Below, in pieces: positions 37,333 through 50,308 of a DNA stretch of 64,000 bases (position 1 is the stretch's first letter; each line of letters begins with the position of its first letter). Below the pieces are notes generated by a model. It was not told where the DNA came from. It did not search any database and was given only the letters and a program-made list of their open reading frames with translations. Made by a program: the position numbers and the translations under genes. Origin of the DNA: Zygnema circumcarinatum SAG 698-1b (Eukaryota; Plantae; Zygnematophyceae); NCBI GenBank assembly GCA_037447605.1, contig CM074820.1, positions 1,550,001 to 1,614,000 of the forward strand. The letters run 5' to 3'.

Positions 37333-37966
37333 GGGAGAGAGAGGATCAAATAAACGCATAAAGTACGAACGCGCATTGTTTTGGTGGCAGAGAGGATTAC
37401 AGATTTGCAATATCTTCTTTGAGCATGAGACACTGGCAGAATACTTGACTTCAGTTTTGAGAAGTCGAGTTATGGGTGCTTTAGGGTACTTGCTGATTTC
37501 AGGATCCTGTTCACACCTGAACTGGTTCGAGGCGCACACAGAGAGGTGAATCTTTCCGCCCGCACTGCTCTCATCCAAATTCGCATTTCCGGCCACAATG
37601 TATACATCGCCCTTTCTCTGAAGACAGTTACAGTTACAGTTCCATCACGGATACGATCAAGCTCAGCCATAGAGAAAGGTGAAGAGGGCGAGAGTTGCGA
37701 GAGAGAGGAGTCAAGAGAGTGACACGGGAGGGAGAGAAGCGAGAGAGGGGAGGGTGGCGAGATAGAGCCAAAGCTAAGGTCCAACTTTAGGGTTTGACTC
37801 CAAAAATACTTATCTTTAGGGTTAGAGGCTGCACCTGCGGGACGTGCACGCCCGAGTGCTGCAGGAGGGGCCGTACGCGCAGCGCCGCCTGGAGGAGGTG
37901 CGGGGCCGCTACCGCAAAAAGGGCAGCGAATAGGACCAAGTTGCGGGCAGAAAGCAGCGCTGCCAT
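36106..37966 (-). CDS. SELT: Selenoprotein T-like protein (Rdx family) with CxxN at the redox motif
   Basis: Signal peptide MAALLSARNLVLFAALFAVAA; KIHLSVCASNQFR|ALAEEMKKVLEQNFPNAPISVGPYTPP...LSVLQ|TLTIL...RRNRLATIGFVMIGGRYVSSMLFDTGAFEIYCDGFL|TFSRLAEGELP...LE*. The Y.PP, GAFE...G.L.FS.L and overall layout match SelT. Confidence 0.85.
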
Positions 37967-40574
37967 GGCGAGAGCGGGAGAGAGGGAGGAATAGAAGAAG
38001 GGGGAAAGCAAGGGAGGGAGAGAGAGAGGGAGTGGGAGTGCAAGGAAGGGAAGGGGCGAGGGAGTGGGAGCGGGAGGGGGAGAAGGAGAGCACGAGAGGG
38101 AGGGGCAGCGGGAGAGGGAAGGAGGGCCAAAGAAAAGGGGAGGAAGGGAGAGAGGAATAGGGAGAGCCAGGGAGGGAAGGAGAGAAGGAGAGCACGAGAG
38201 GGAGGAGCAGAGGGAGATTTAGGGGGGCGGGGGGGGGAAGAGGGAGAGGGTGAGGCGCACAGACGGCGAGCCGTGGAGGGAGCCGCCTCCCTCTCCCCGC
38301 GGCCCACGGCCCGAACTCGGTTTTCCACGAGAAACCGCCGGTTTGTGTACGGACGACTGGCCTCGATGTTCGTACACACCCGTACGGACGTCGCACATAG
38401 GCTGAGCGTGCGTCGAATATAGCACCGTGCGACTAGACGACTAGACGAGTTTCGAAGGCGCTAACTGGCGGGCGACGAGTCGCCGCTAATCGCCCGAGGT
38501 CGCCGTTGGACCGCGAGTGACAGGTGGACGGTGAGATTGAGCTTTGCATAACCGTATGACGCTCTCGCCACCGTCCGTTCAAGCACAAAAAGTTGGGGAA
38601 ACTTGGGGGGGGTTCCATGTTTGCTCATGAAAGTTGTGCATTGTCGCATTGGAGTCCCCGACCATAAGACGAGTGCCCTAGAACAACACTCTCACATTGT
38701 TGCACATGGTGCCCAAAACATCTCATGTCCCATTCAATCCTAAACCCAAACGCCTCGCAAACCCCCCACAAAACCCTAAACCCCAGTTCCCCGCATGCAA
38801 TACTATTATCAAGCTTCTGGCCACCACGACTCCCTTCCGCCACAAGGTCATGCGCCGCTCTCAAGTAAACCGCTTGTAAAGCAGAAGCCGCCTCTCTCTC
38901 TCTTCACATTCTTCGAATTTGAATGGGAGAGGACTCAGAGGAGGCAATGTGCGAGCCCCATCAGAATTTGAGAGGAAGGCGCCCCCTCCCTCTCCCTTTT
39001 TAAGGAACCCTAAATCTTCACTCTCTATCTCCGGTGGGTCTGCCCGAGGGGCCCGATTTGAGAGTGCCACGTCGGCAAGTTGGAGGGCTCCTTCTTCTGA
39101 CAACCAGTGACAGTCTCCCAAAGCGAGCCTGCATGGAGCGCAAACTTGCAAGGAATTGAGAGAAGAGAAGAGGGAGGGAGGGAGGGAGGGAGGGAGGGAG
39201 GGAGGGAGAGCGGGGGGGAAGGACGGTGGGAGGGAGGGCAGGGCAAAGGGAGGGAAGTGGGAAGGAGAGGGAGAGTTGGAGGGAGTGAGAGATGGAGAGA
39301 GGGAGGGGGGAGGGAGGGATGGAGAAAGGGTAGAGGGAGGGAGGGAGGGGGGACGGAGAGACGAAAGTGGGAGAGAAAGAGGTGTGGTGGAGAGTGGGAG
39401 GGTGGGAGGAAAGGAGGGGATGGGAGGAGGTTATCATTAACAATTAACCAGGCTGGTTCATATGGATCAGAAAATTTGAAGCAAACAAGAGCGCTGTGAG
39501 CACGAAAGTTTGGGCCACAGCCTCCCTCCTCTCACCACCTTGAACGAGCGCAGAAGACGAACTCTGTTTGCAACGGAAATTGAGACATGGAACGCGCCAC
39601 CAGCGTCAGTACAACGGAGGCTGCATGGAGACGCTGCCCCGGTGGGATGGCAGTCACATTCTGCAGCGTCCGCACAGATGGCAGAGGGTTCAGAACAGCC
39701 CATTTCTATGCCAAACCGACAAACCCTAAAAATACTTGTGTTCTAGAAAAAAAAATGCATTGCATCTGTAATGACTAATGACTTAGTTAGATTCCTTTTC
39801 GCAGTAATCACTCTTTAATTTCTGAAATCGGAAAGAAAGTAATATAAAAGAACTCTGAGTGAAGCTCACCGGCGATAGATTACGACCATTTTTTTCAGGT
39901 GATGAAGATTGTTCAGAAAAGTACACAGCAAGGAGAAGCCCTTCGTAATCTGCACTTGTTCAGCACTAAGCAGTCCAAAAAAAGCCTTCGGTTGGCATAA
40001 TGTTCAGAAAAACGAAGTAAATATGCAATATCACAAGTAATCTGCTCTCCTTGAAAGTTCAACCTTTAAAAATTTTAAACCCTGAAACTCTAAACATTAA
40101 AAAGTTGAAATCTTTCGTGCCGACGCCATATGTTATGCATATAGCATTTCCTCCGCAGTTAAAAGAGCGTAACTGAAATAGAGGCAAGGTAAGAATAGAA
40201 ATGAAATTACAATAACAATACGAATTTGCTAAAAGGAGAATGGAATGTCTGCGTGCGGGGCGAGGGGGAGATGAGAGAGATTGGAGGGAGGGAGACCTGC
40301 TTTTTGGGGGAAGGAGGGAGAGAGAGTGAGAGAGAATGAGATAAGCTCCCTCTGCTTCCACCAGGAATGGCAGCGCCAGAAATTGAAGCGCGAGAGAGCC
40401 CCCTTCTTTATATGTCTCCTTCAGCCAGCGACAGGCACTCCGAACTTGGCAAAACAAACACTGAAAAGTGATAAGCGATGTAGGTTTAAAGGTTTGCAAG
40501 TCACAGCCGTTCTCTGCGAAGAAACATCAAGTCTGATGGTGTACTCTCCAACGTCTCAGACACTTTTTTTTGGA

Positions 40575-41000
40575 TGTTATGAATATCTACATAAGCTGAG
40601 ACACCTTGAGCTATACCCTTAGCAACACAGATTGTCTTCACCTTTTTCAACATGTTTTTTGAGATTTTTCCTTTCAACGTCTTTGAATGCGTTTCCTTAA
40701 TGGAGGTGAGGATAGACGCTTGAGCTTTTCTTTCTCGTGTCTCCCATGCATCATGGGCTACGCAAGATCAAAGGTTACCTGTTCAAAATCTTTCCCAAAG
40801 ATTACCAGCCTATGATCTTATAACACATGATGCATGGGAAAAAGGAAAAAAGCTCGAGCGTCTATCTTCACTACCATCAAAGGAACGCATTACAAAATGT
40901 TAAAAGAAAAACTCGCAACAAACGTGTGGAAAAAGTTGAGATAATCTATGCTTCTAAGGGTACAAGTCAAGGTGTCTCAACTCATGCAAATCTACCAAGC
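40575..41000. mobile_element. Two decayed Ty1/Copia gag (Retrotran_gag_2/UBN2-like) fragments in inverted orientation
   Basis: Minus arm (40575-40756) reads HDAWETRERKAQASILTSIKETH...(frameshift)...KTICVAKGIAQGVSAY. Plus arm (40826-41000) reads HDAWEK..KKARASIFTTIKGTH...VWKKL..IYASKGTSQGVSTH with frameshifts and stops. Resembles the W...D.KA...I...I....W.KL...Y..K pattern of Copia gag (recalled motif). Confidence 0.6.
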
Positions 41001-41410
41001 TCCACCAAGCTCTACGGGCTTCAACCTCCCCCCTCCCCCCTTCCCCCTCCCCCTTCCCCNNNNNNNNNNTCCCCCCTCCCCCCTCCCCACCTCTGTCCAC
41101 TCGACCGCCTCCGCCAGGTTTTCTTCCCGCAAGGGTGTCAGCGAGGGACGCGACGGCCCCTCCTGCCATCGCCCTCCCCCTTCTCGTCCTCCCGTTCCCA
41201 CTCAAAATCGTCCCATTCAATTACCTACGCAGTAGTCAGATTAGGGTTCCGGGGACCCCATCAGGAATTGCGATTCTCATATAGGATTTAGAAACCGACG
41301 GAGACTTCGAAATAACGTCCGGATCCGAAAACGAAATTGAGGTCTAAAAACTGTTTTAGCGTTACTTGGCATACATTTGGAGCGGCTGAAGTAGGAGGAT
41401 GAAGGAAGCC

Positions 41411-43855
41411 ATGGATTCTCCCCTGCTGGGATTGAAAATGTCGTCCCGTGCAGCCAAACATTCAGGGAGGGCTGCACACATACCATATCTAACATGCGCA
41501 ACATCATGTATGGCATTCGTCATCGTTTGTTTCGTATGCAGAGGGGCCGCTTCCAGCTTTTGGAATACGAAATCCGGTGAGAATATGTAGTGTTTGAGAT
41601 TTTTTTGGCAATGAAATAGGGCTGTAATGTAAGGTGAGTTTGAAGCATTGAGCCTAAAACGGAAGTAGGGTTTCAAGATAGTTAGGGTTACTTGAGCAGA
41701 GGTCGATTGGTTTGGTTGGATATGAGAAGGAGAGGAAAGGGCGAAACAGAAATGGAGGGAGAAGGAAGGTTGAGGATGAGGGAATAGAGGGGCAGGGAGA
41801 GGGAGGAAGAGGGAGAGGAGGGAGAGGGAGGGACCGGGAAAAGGAGATGCAGGAGAGAGAGGGGAGAAGGAGGGGAGGGAGGTGGAGGGGGAGGGAGACA
41901 GGAGAGGCGGTTAGGACAAGAGAGGGATGACTGGGAGGGGGAGGATATAGGAAGAGTTGGGACTTGAGAGGGAGGGAGGAAGGGAAGGAGTGAGAGAAGA
42001 GATTGACTGTCTTCGTGATGTAGCTTTTGATTTCCTCTCCTTTTCATGCAGGAAAGTTTGTTCTCCAATCAAAGGCAGATTTCCATAACTTGTTTTTGAC
42101 ATTCCCGGACAACAATACTGCTTCTGAGCACCTCAAAATTCTCACTGAGCAGCCACACGTGGCAGGAAGCGCTGCAGACCGCAAAGTCACGGAATATGTG
42201 AAACAGAAATTCGAGGTGCCACTCTTTCCTGGAAATTCATACAACAAAAAAAAAATTACATTCGCAATCACCGTATATAACAATGGCATAGAAAAAAGGA
42301 CTGGAATTTTTGGGTTCGAGTGTTTTTTGTGATGTTTTAGGGCTTGATGTATGCTTTTAGGCTTTTGGGTTTTTTAGGGTTTGTAGGGTACTCTTAACTC
42401 ATGCATTACCCACCTTTTTTGTGCCCTATTTCTAATCTTCTGATATCATTTAACTGTTTTTTATCTTTTGTGCTTAACAGGAATATGGACTCTCAAAAAC
42501 TTATTTTGCCGATTTTGAGGTTTTGTTGACATATCCAATTTCCCGCTCTCTCTCTCTTCTCAGCCACAACAGAACGGAACTGAGTCTCCATGAAGCTGCG
42601 TTCAAGGACGATCCGTTCAGCGGAAACCCTAACATCATAGAAACCTTTCACGGATATTCGCCGAGCGGTGACGTGACAGGCGAAGTGGTGTATGCAAACT
42701 ATGGAAGTGCTGAAGATTTTGAAAAATTAGCAGAGTTGAATGTGAATGTGACCGGGGCTATCACATTGGTCCGATATGGAAAAATAAATCGCGCGAACAA
42801 GGTGAGAATATACCGTTAACAAAGTGAGTTTTTTGTAGGGTTTTTTTCTTTTTTTAAATGAAAAAACCACGTAGGAATAAGCAATTTTTCTTTCCTTATT
42901 GAGTTATGAATTGGGATGAACAGTGTTTAGAGATTCCTATATGTTCTAAAGATGAGCTGAAATGTTTTTTTTTCAGAAGAAGTGATGCCAGCGAAATTTT
43001 CGATGCGTTTTTTTTTTTTGGGGGGGCGGGGCAGGTGGAAAATTCTGCGAGTTCGGGTGCTATTGGGGTGTTGGTGTACTCTGATCCGAAGGACTATGCG
43101 CACAGCCTGAAGGAGGGGGTATACCCACACGCCAAGTAAACGCTCTATTCAAATTTGCCTAATTTGGGGACTTAGTGTAGTTGATCAATCGGTTAGTTTC
43201 AATTCCTTTCATTTGGCAATGTACATTACTTTAATGTGACAATTCTCGGCTTCAAAGAGTGCAGATGGCTGGGGAAGGAGAGGTTTAGGAGGCAGAGGAG
43301 AGAGATACGGTTGGGGGAGAGAGAGGGGAGAGAGAGAAGGGGATACGATAGGCAGGAGTGAAAGTGAAAAATGAGAGAGCGAAAGTAGGGTATGATAGGG
43401 GGACAACGAGAGAGAGGGGAGAGAGAGAGAAGGGGGTACGATAGGTAGGAGTGAAAGTGAAAAAGGAGAGAGAGAAAGTAGGGTACGATAGGGGGAGAAC
43501 AGAGAGGGGAGAGAGAGAGAAGGGGATACGATAGGCAGGAGTGAAAGTGAAAAATGAGAGAGCGAAAGTAGGGTATGATAGGGGGACAACGAGAGAGAGG
43601 GGAGAGAGAGAGAAGGGGGTACGATAGGTAGGAGTGAAAGTGAAAAAGGAGAGAGAGAAAGTAGGGTACGATAGGGGGAGAACAGAGAGGGGAGAGAGAG
43701 AGAAGGGGATACGATAGGCAGGAGTGAAAGTGAACAAGGAGAGAGAAAAAGTGGGGTACGATAAGGGGAGAACGAGAGAGAGGGGAGAGAGAGAGAGACG
43801 ATAGGGGGAGAGAGAGAGAGTCGAGAGAGAGAGAGACGATAGGGGGGAGGAGAGC

Positions 43856-43889
<34 letters not shown>

Positions 43890-46800
43890 TCGTCCCTCTC
43901 ATCCCGTGATTCCATCCCTATGCTCTACCTTCCTCTCCAACCCTAATTCCAAACCTAATTCCAAACCTAATCCCAACCCTAATCCCAAACCTAATCCCAA
44001 CCCTAATCCCAACCCTAATCCCAACCCTACCCTAATCCCAACCCTAATCCCAACCCTAATTCCAACCCTAATTTCCCTCCCTCAGATGGCTCCCTCCCTC
44101 GGGGGTCCAAAGAGGGTCCATCGCCTCCTTCAGAGGAGATCCGCTCACTCCATCCTGGCCGTCCGTTAAAGGAGCCGAGCGGCTGCCCGTGGACGATCCA
44201 ACGGTCCAGCTTCCCCCGATCCCCTCCCTCCCCATCTCATACGGGGATGCTTACCCAATTTTTTCCGGGCTGACCGGAAAATTTGCTCCGGAAGAGTGGT
44301 GGGGGGCTCTGAATTTGAGCGAATATCGGATTGGCCGAGGCCCGGCAAAAGTTCGTCTCAAGCTTGAGGTACATATTTTTTGGTGTAAAAAAGATATTTT
44401 TTAGAATTTAAGGGTATTTCTAAGAGAGCTTCTCTTAAAGAAAATAAGGAGTAAAAACAGTGTATCTTTTGAGATTCTTGTGTTTTTTTTTTAGGGTTTC
44501 TGGAGGTAGGCATATGTTGGACGGAAAAAAAAAAATGCTTGAATTTGAGGCCACATTTTCGAATATTACGCTTGTAACATTTTGTTTGTTATCCTTTTTC
44601 TCTTTAACTTTTTTTCTTTTAAAGATGAACAATACAGTGATGGAAATCCGCAATGTGCACGCGCTGATTGAGGGAGAGGAGGAGCCTGACAGGTATGTCA
44701 GATACGACAAACGTGCAAAGACTCTCTCTCTCTCTCTCTCCCACTCACTCTCCCTCTGTTGGTCCCATTTCTCTTTCCTTGCCCTTCTCTTCTCTCTCAC
44801 ATCCATTGCGAGTGCGCTTGCTCTCTCCCTCTCTTATTCTCGCCGTCCTTCAACACCTCTCTTGCTCTTCCGCTCTCTACCCTCCTTTTCTCTCCCACTC
44901 TCTCCCCCCTACTCCCTCTCCACTCTCTTTCTCCCTCCCACTTCCCCTCCCTCTTAATACTCTCTCCCTCTTCATCTCCCTCTTTCTCCCCCGCTCTCTC
45001 GCTTTTCCTCACTCTCTCCCCGTCTTTCTATCTTCATCTCTAGCTCCCAGTTCTCTCTCTCCCTCCCTCTCTTTCCCCCTCTCCCTCTCGCCCCCTCTCC
45101 GTCTTCTGCTCTCCCTCCGTTTCTCCCCCCTCGCCCTCTGTTCCCCCACTTCCTCTCTCTCCCTCGATTCCCCCCGTTCTCTTTCCCACTCTTTCTCTAT
45201 CTCTCCCCCCAACTCCCACTCTCCCCTACTCCTTCCTTCCCTCTCTCTCTCCACTCGCTCTCCCTCTCCCTCTCACTCCCCCCCTCCCTCCTCCCTCACT
45301 TTTTCCCACTCTCTCTCTCCCCCCCCTCTCTCTCACCCCTCTCTCTCCCGCTCTCTCTTCCCCCTCTCTTTCCCCTTCTCACTCCCCCCTCTCTTTCCCG
45401 CTCTCTCTCCCCCCACTCCCTCCATCACTCCCCCCCCTCACTCCCTCCCTCACTCCCCACCTCTCTCTCCCTCTCCCTCTCCCTCTCCCTCCCCCCCCAG
45501 GTACGTCCTCCTCGGCAACCACCACGACGCGTGGACCTTCGGCGCAGTGGATCCCAACAGTGGAACCACCGCCCTCCTGCAGGTCCACCTTCACAACCCT
45601 TGAACCTTTGATTCCGGAACCTTGATCCAATACCACCATTGGACACCATCTTACTGCCCTCCAACCCTAACCCTAACCCCAACCCTAACCCTAACCCCAA
45701 CCCTAACCCTAACCCCAACCCTAACCCTAACCCCAACCCTAACCCTAACCCCAACCCTAACCCTAACCCCAACCCTAACCCTAACCCCAACCCTAACCCT
45801 AACCCTAACCCTAACTCCTAACTCCCAACCCTAACTCCTAACTCCCAACCCCTAACCCTAACCCTAACCCTAACCCTAACCCCAACTCCTAACCCTAACC
45901 TCCCAACCCCTAACCCTAACCCTAACCTAACCCCTAACCCCAACCTCTAACCCTAACCCTAACCCCAACCTCTAACCCTAACCCCAACCCTAACCCTAAC
46001 CCCAACCCTAACCCTAACCCTAACCCTAACCTCTAACCCTAACCCCAACCCTAACCCTAACCCCAACCCTAACCCTAACCCCAACCCTAACCCTAACCCC
46101 AACCCTAACCCTAACCCCAACCCTAACCCTAACCCCAACCCTAACCCTAACCCCAACCCTAACCCTAACTCCTAACCCTAACTCCTAACCCTAACCCCAA
46201 CCCTAACCCTAACCCCAACCCTAACCCTAACCCTAACTCCCAACCCCTAACCCCAACCCTAACCCTAACTCCTAATCCTAACCCCCAACCCTAACTCCTA
46301 ACCCTAACCCTAACCCTAACCCCAATCCTAACCCTAACCCCAACCCTAACTCCTAACTCCCAACCCTAACCCTAACCCCAACCCTAACCCTAACCCCAAC
46401 CCTAACCCTAACCCCAACCCTAACCCTAACCCCAATCCTAACCCTAACCCTAACCCTAACCCCAACCCTCCCACCAATCCGGTGCGGTCCCTCTGCCAGG
46501 TGGCAGCCGCCCTGGGCCGTCTCCTCGAGGAGGGATGGCGTCCGCGGCGGACGGTGGTGCTCTGCAGTTGGGACGCGGAGGAGCAGGCTCTGGTGCCTCT
46601 CTCTCTCTCGCTCTCTCTCTCTCGCTCTCGCTCTCTCTCTCGTTTTCTCTCTCTCTCCATCTCTCACCCTCTCTTTCTCTCCCTCTCCATGTCTCTCCAT
46701 CACTCTCCATCTCTCTCCATCTCTCTCCATCTCTCTCTATCTCTCTCCACCTCCCTCTATCTCTCTCGCTTTCTCTCCATCACTCTCTCTCTTTCTCTCC

Positions 46801-48621
46801 ATCTCTCTTCTCTCTCTCTCTCCATCCTTCACTCTCGCCACCTCTCTCTCTTTCTCTCTCCCCCTCTCGCTCTAACCACCTCTCTCCCCATATCTCTCTC
46901 TCTCGCCATCTCTTCTCTCCATCTCTCTCTTTCGCCATCTCTCTCTCCACCTCTATCTCTCTCGCTTTCTCTCTGTCACTCTCTATCTCTTTCTCTCCAT
47001 CTCTCTCTCTCTCCATCCCTCACTCTCGCCATCTCTCTCTCTTTCTCTCTCCCCCTCTCTCTCTCTTATCACCTCTCTCCCCATATCTCTCTCTCTCGCC
47101 ATCTCTCCTCTCCATCTCTCTCTTTCGCCATCTCTCTCTCCACCTCGCCTTCTCTGTCTCTCTCTGCCCCCCCCCCGCCCCCCATCTCTCTCTCTCGCCC
47201 TCTTCTCATCCCTCTTCCCACCCTTCCTCTCACCTCTCTCCCCTCCCCGCTCTCTCTTCTCTCATCTCCCCCTCCCTCCCTTTCCAATGTTTCCTTTTCC
47301 CCCATTCCCTCAAAGATCCTTTCTTCTTCCCTCCTCCTATCCCTAATACCCTCTAACCCTCACCCCCCTCTCCCGTTATTATTACATTTTTCATAGATCG
47401 GTTCGTCCGAATGGGTCGAAGACAATGAAGAAATGCTTGTTTCTCGCGCAATCGCATACATAAATGTGGATGTGGGAGTATCCGCTCCCGGCACACTCTT
47501 TGCCGGGGCTACACCCCAATTAGACCCCTTAATTCGGAAAATTGCTGCTAAGGTAGGAGCACAAATCCCCCTCCCTCCCTTCCCCCGTGCAACGGATTCG
47601 TGCATAGAACGGCAGTTTTTGAAACAAAAAACTTTTGTTGGATGTTGGGTGGCAGGTGGAAGATCCCTGGAGAGAAGGCCAATCCCTGCTTGACACGTGG
47701 ACCTCCTGTTTCAACGAAACTGTGGGCATGGAAACGCGAGCTCGGGTTGGAGACTCGTCTCTCCTTTCCTGCTAATAATTAAGATAATTGAGATAATTAG
47801 GGATAAAATTGAGACGGATTTAACAAATTGAATCGAATTTGAATGTCAAATCGATTTGAAAATTGCATGCATGGGTATAGAACATGAGTAGTCGTTTTAT
47901 ATGCTCTCACGATTCTCCTCTTTCTCTCTATGCTTCTTCTCTCTCTCTCTCTCTTCTCTTCACTCTCTCTCTCTCGCCTCCCTTCTCCCTACATGCCGCT
48001 CCTCCTCTCTTCCGTTCTCGCCCTATCTCCCATATGCCTCTTTTTGCTCTCCTTCCCTCTCTCCCTCTTCCTCTCTCTCTCCCCCTCCATCTCTCTCTCT
48101 CTCTCTCCCTCCAGGTGGGGAGAGTGGGAGGCGCAGGGTCCGACTACGCTGCCTTTCTCTCTCATATTGGAGTGGCGAGCATCGATTTGGGCATCCATGC
48201 CGGTCCGCCCTCCCCCCTGTGAGAGAGAGGGGGGGGGGGAGGGAGGGGGAGAGAGAACAAAGGGGGAGAGATAGAGATAGGGGAGGGAGAGAGGGATTGG
48301 AAGAGGAAGGAAAAGATGGAGTGAGACCCTCCCTCTTTCTTGAGAGAGGGGCAGAGAGAGAGGGGAGGGCGGGAAGAGGGAGATAGATATCGAGAGGGAG
48401 AGAGAAAGCGAGACGAGAGAGAGAGAGAGAGAGAGGAGGACGAGAAGGATTGGGAGTAGTGGAGAAGGGGGACTGAGACCCTCCCTCTTGCGTGAGAGAG
48501 GGGGGGAGGGGGGAAGAGAGAGAGTGGGATGGGGAGAGGAGAAAGTGAGAGCCATTTGCTTGCGGGAGGGGAGAGAGTGGGAGAACGAGGGGGAATGAGA
48601 ATAGAGAGAGAGAGAGAGAGG

Positions 48622-48703
<82 letters not shown>

Positions 48704-50308
48704 CCTATTACGTTCTCACCTGTTTGCCTCTCCCGCAGAGGACGGGTCGGGCTATCCCGTCTACCACTCCGCCTTCGACAACTTCCATTGGGCTCAAACG
48801 TTCGGCGATCCGGGCTTCCAGTTCCATGCGGCGAGTCAGTTCCGTTCTGTTCCGTTCAGTTCCATTGGGCCCAACTGTTACGGCCAGTTATATGTGAAGC
48901 TTCAGAGATGAAATTTGGGAGTTGCAGGGCCTCCATTTGGGCCTCCGTATTTCCCTGAAGTGAAAAAAATCCGTTGAACTAATTTTTTTTCCATTTTTTT
49001 TTTCTTTTTTTGCTTTATTTTCAGTTGCAAAGGTCTTTGGCCTTTTGGCCCTCAATTTGGCGGATGAACTTTTGCTCCCTTTTGACTATGGGAACTATGC
49101 GGAGCAGCTCAAGGTGGGAGAGATATATAGCGTATATATATTAATACTAAAAAGAATAATTTAATATGTAATTGTAGGGTCTAAAGATTCAATTATTTAC
49201 AAGATACTGAGATAAAGCTGTCCTTACGGTTTTGAAGTTTCTAATTTTCACGATTTGGTTGGTTTTTGTTGAAATGTACGGTTTTGGGAATGTCAGGGCT
49301 TGAGTGATTTTTTGGTTCTTTTGTTTTTTCGGAGAATTGGGTATTTTTTATCGGATGGTTTTTGACAAGTTTGCGGGAGAGATTCAGGTGTACGTGGCAG
49401 CCCTTGATTCGCAGCTGAAAGCTGAAAATGGGAGCGAGAAAGTGAGCACGGAGGCTCTTCACTCCGCCGTTGAGTACTTTGAGGATTCTGCGGCGGCTGG
49501 AGAGAGGGAGGCGCAGGTGAGTGGGAGAGGGAGAGGGAGAGGGAGAGGGAGTGGGAGAGGGAGAGGGAGAGGNNNNNNNNNNGGGGTTGTGGAGGGAGGG
49601 GAAAGGAAAAGAAAGATTCATAGTATAGAATGAGCAAAGTAGGTTTTTCTGTCGTAAGGATACGTGATTACCTGCCAAAGCTGCCCCTCTATATGCTTCA
49701 AATCTTGTAACTGTAACGGAATTATATTGTCCCACATGTGCCCCGTTTCTCCACAGAAACTCCGCAAAGAGCTCGAGAAATACCGCTCGTCCGATGTGCC
49801 CCGTTCCATTGAACGGAAACTGAGAGAGCTCAACGACCGCCTCATGTTAACGGAGAGAGCGTTTGTGAGCCCCGAGGGCATACGTGGCAGGCCGTGGTTT
49901 CGCCACCTGGTGCGCTCCTATTGGCTCTCGCTGAAATAGAACCATTTATACCCCATTGTTTTTTCACGTTTTGCGTGACATTGCGTGTTCAAGTTCACAC
50001 TTTTTCTCACTTTCTCTCAATTCTGGGACTCGTTTGACTGTTCGAACTGAGTTTGGAATCCTTACAGCAATTTGATTTGGAACTGAAACTGAAACTGACT
50101 CAATGCGCATGGAAACGCTCAGGTCTATGCTCCCGCAGCCGGAAATTTTTACGGAACGGCGGCATTCCCTGCCGTTGCGGATGCTTTGGCAGTTGCGAAA
50201 AAAGGATCATCGAACTCAGATTCATGGAAAGAAGTTCAACATGAAATTTTTCGAGTTTCCCGGGCAATCACGAAAGCTGGAAGAGTGCTTTCGGGCGAAT
50301 TGAAGTAG
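41411..50308 (+). CDS. AMP1: Glutamate carboxypeptidase II family (M28B), AMP1/LAMP1-like type II membrane peptidase
   Basis: N-terminal TM ([13 protein letters not shown]); [14 protein letters not shown]; [20 protein letters not shown]; [13 protein letters not shown]; [11 protein letters not shown]; [11 protein letters not shown]; [15 protein letters not shown]|[22 protein letters not shown]; WDAEEQAL|IGSSEWVE; AYINVD; GSDYAAF; YHSAFDN; [19 protein letters not shown]|VYAP...VLSGELK*. Confidence 0.95.
43290..43790. repeat. Intronic GA-rich minisatellite, ~90-bp subunits in a ~180-bp dimer
   Basis: Repeated gatacgataggcaggagtgaaagtgaaaaa...gtagggtatgatagggggacaacg / gtacgataggtaggagtgaaagtg units, about 5 subunits. 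Confidence 0.85.
43935..44075. repeat. (CCCAACCCTAAT)n telomere-like tract in an AMP1 intron
   Basis: 12-bp unit c(c)caaccctaat, about 11 copies, ending just before an acceptor. Confidence 0.85.
45661..46465. repeat. ~800-bp interstitial TTAGGG-type telomeric array inside an AMP1 intron, with an 18-bp higher-order unit (AACCCT)2AACCCC
   Basis: Direct reading: ccaaccctaaccctaaccccaaccctaaccctaacccc... continuous for about 800 bp, flanked by in-phase AMP1 exons. Confidence 0.95.

Noticed and set aside
45661-46465. True chromosome end or scaffold mis-join at the telomeric array
   Set aside because: AMP1 exons on both sides are consecutive and in phase, so the array is intronic.
43209-48897. 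Many Leu/Ser- or Glu/Arg-rich ORFs within the AMP1 locus
   Set aside because: Translations of (CT)n and (GA)n intronic tracts.
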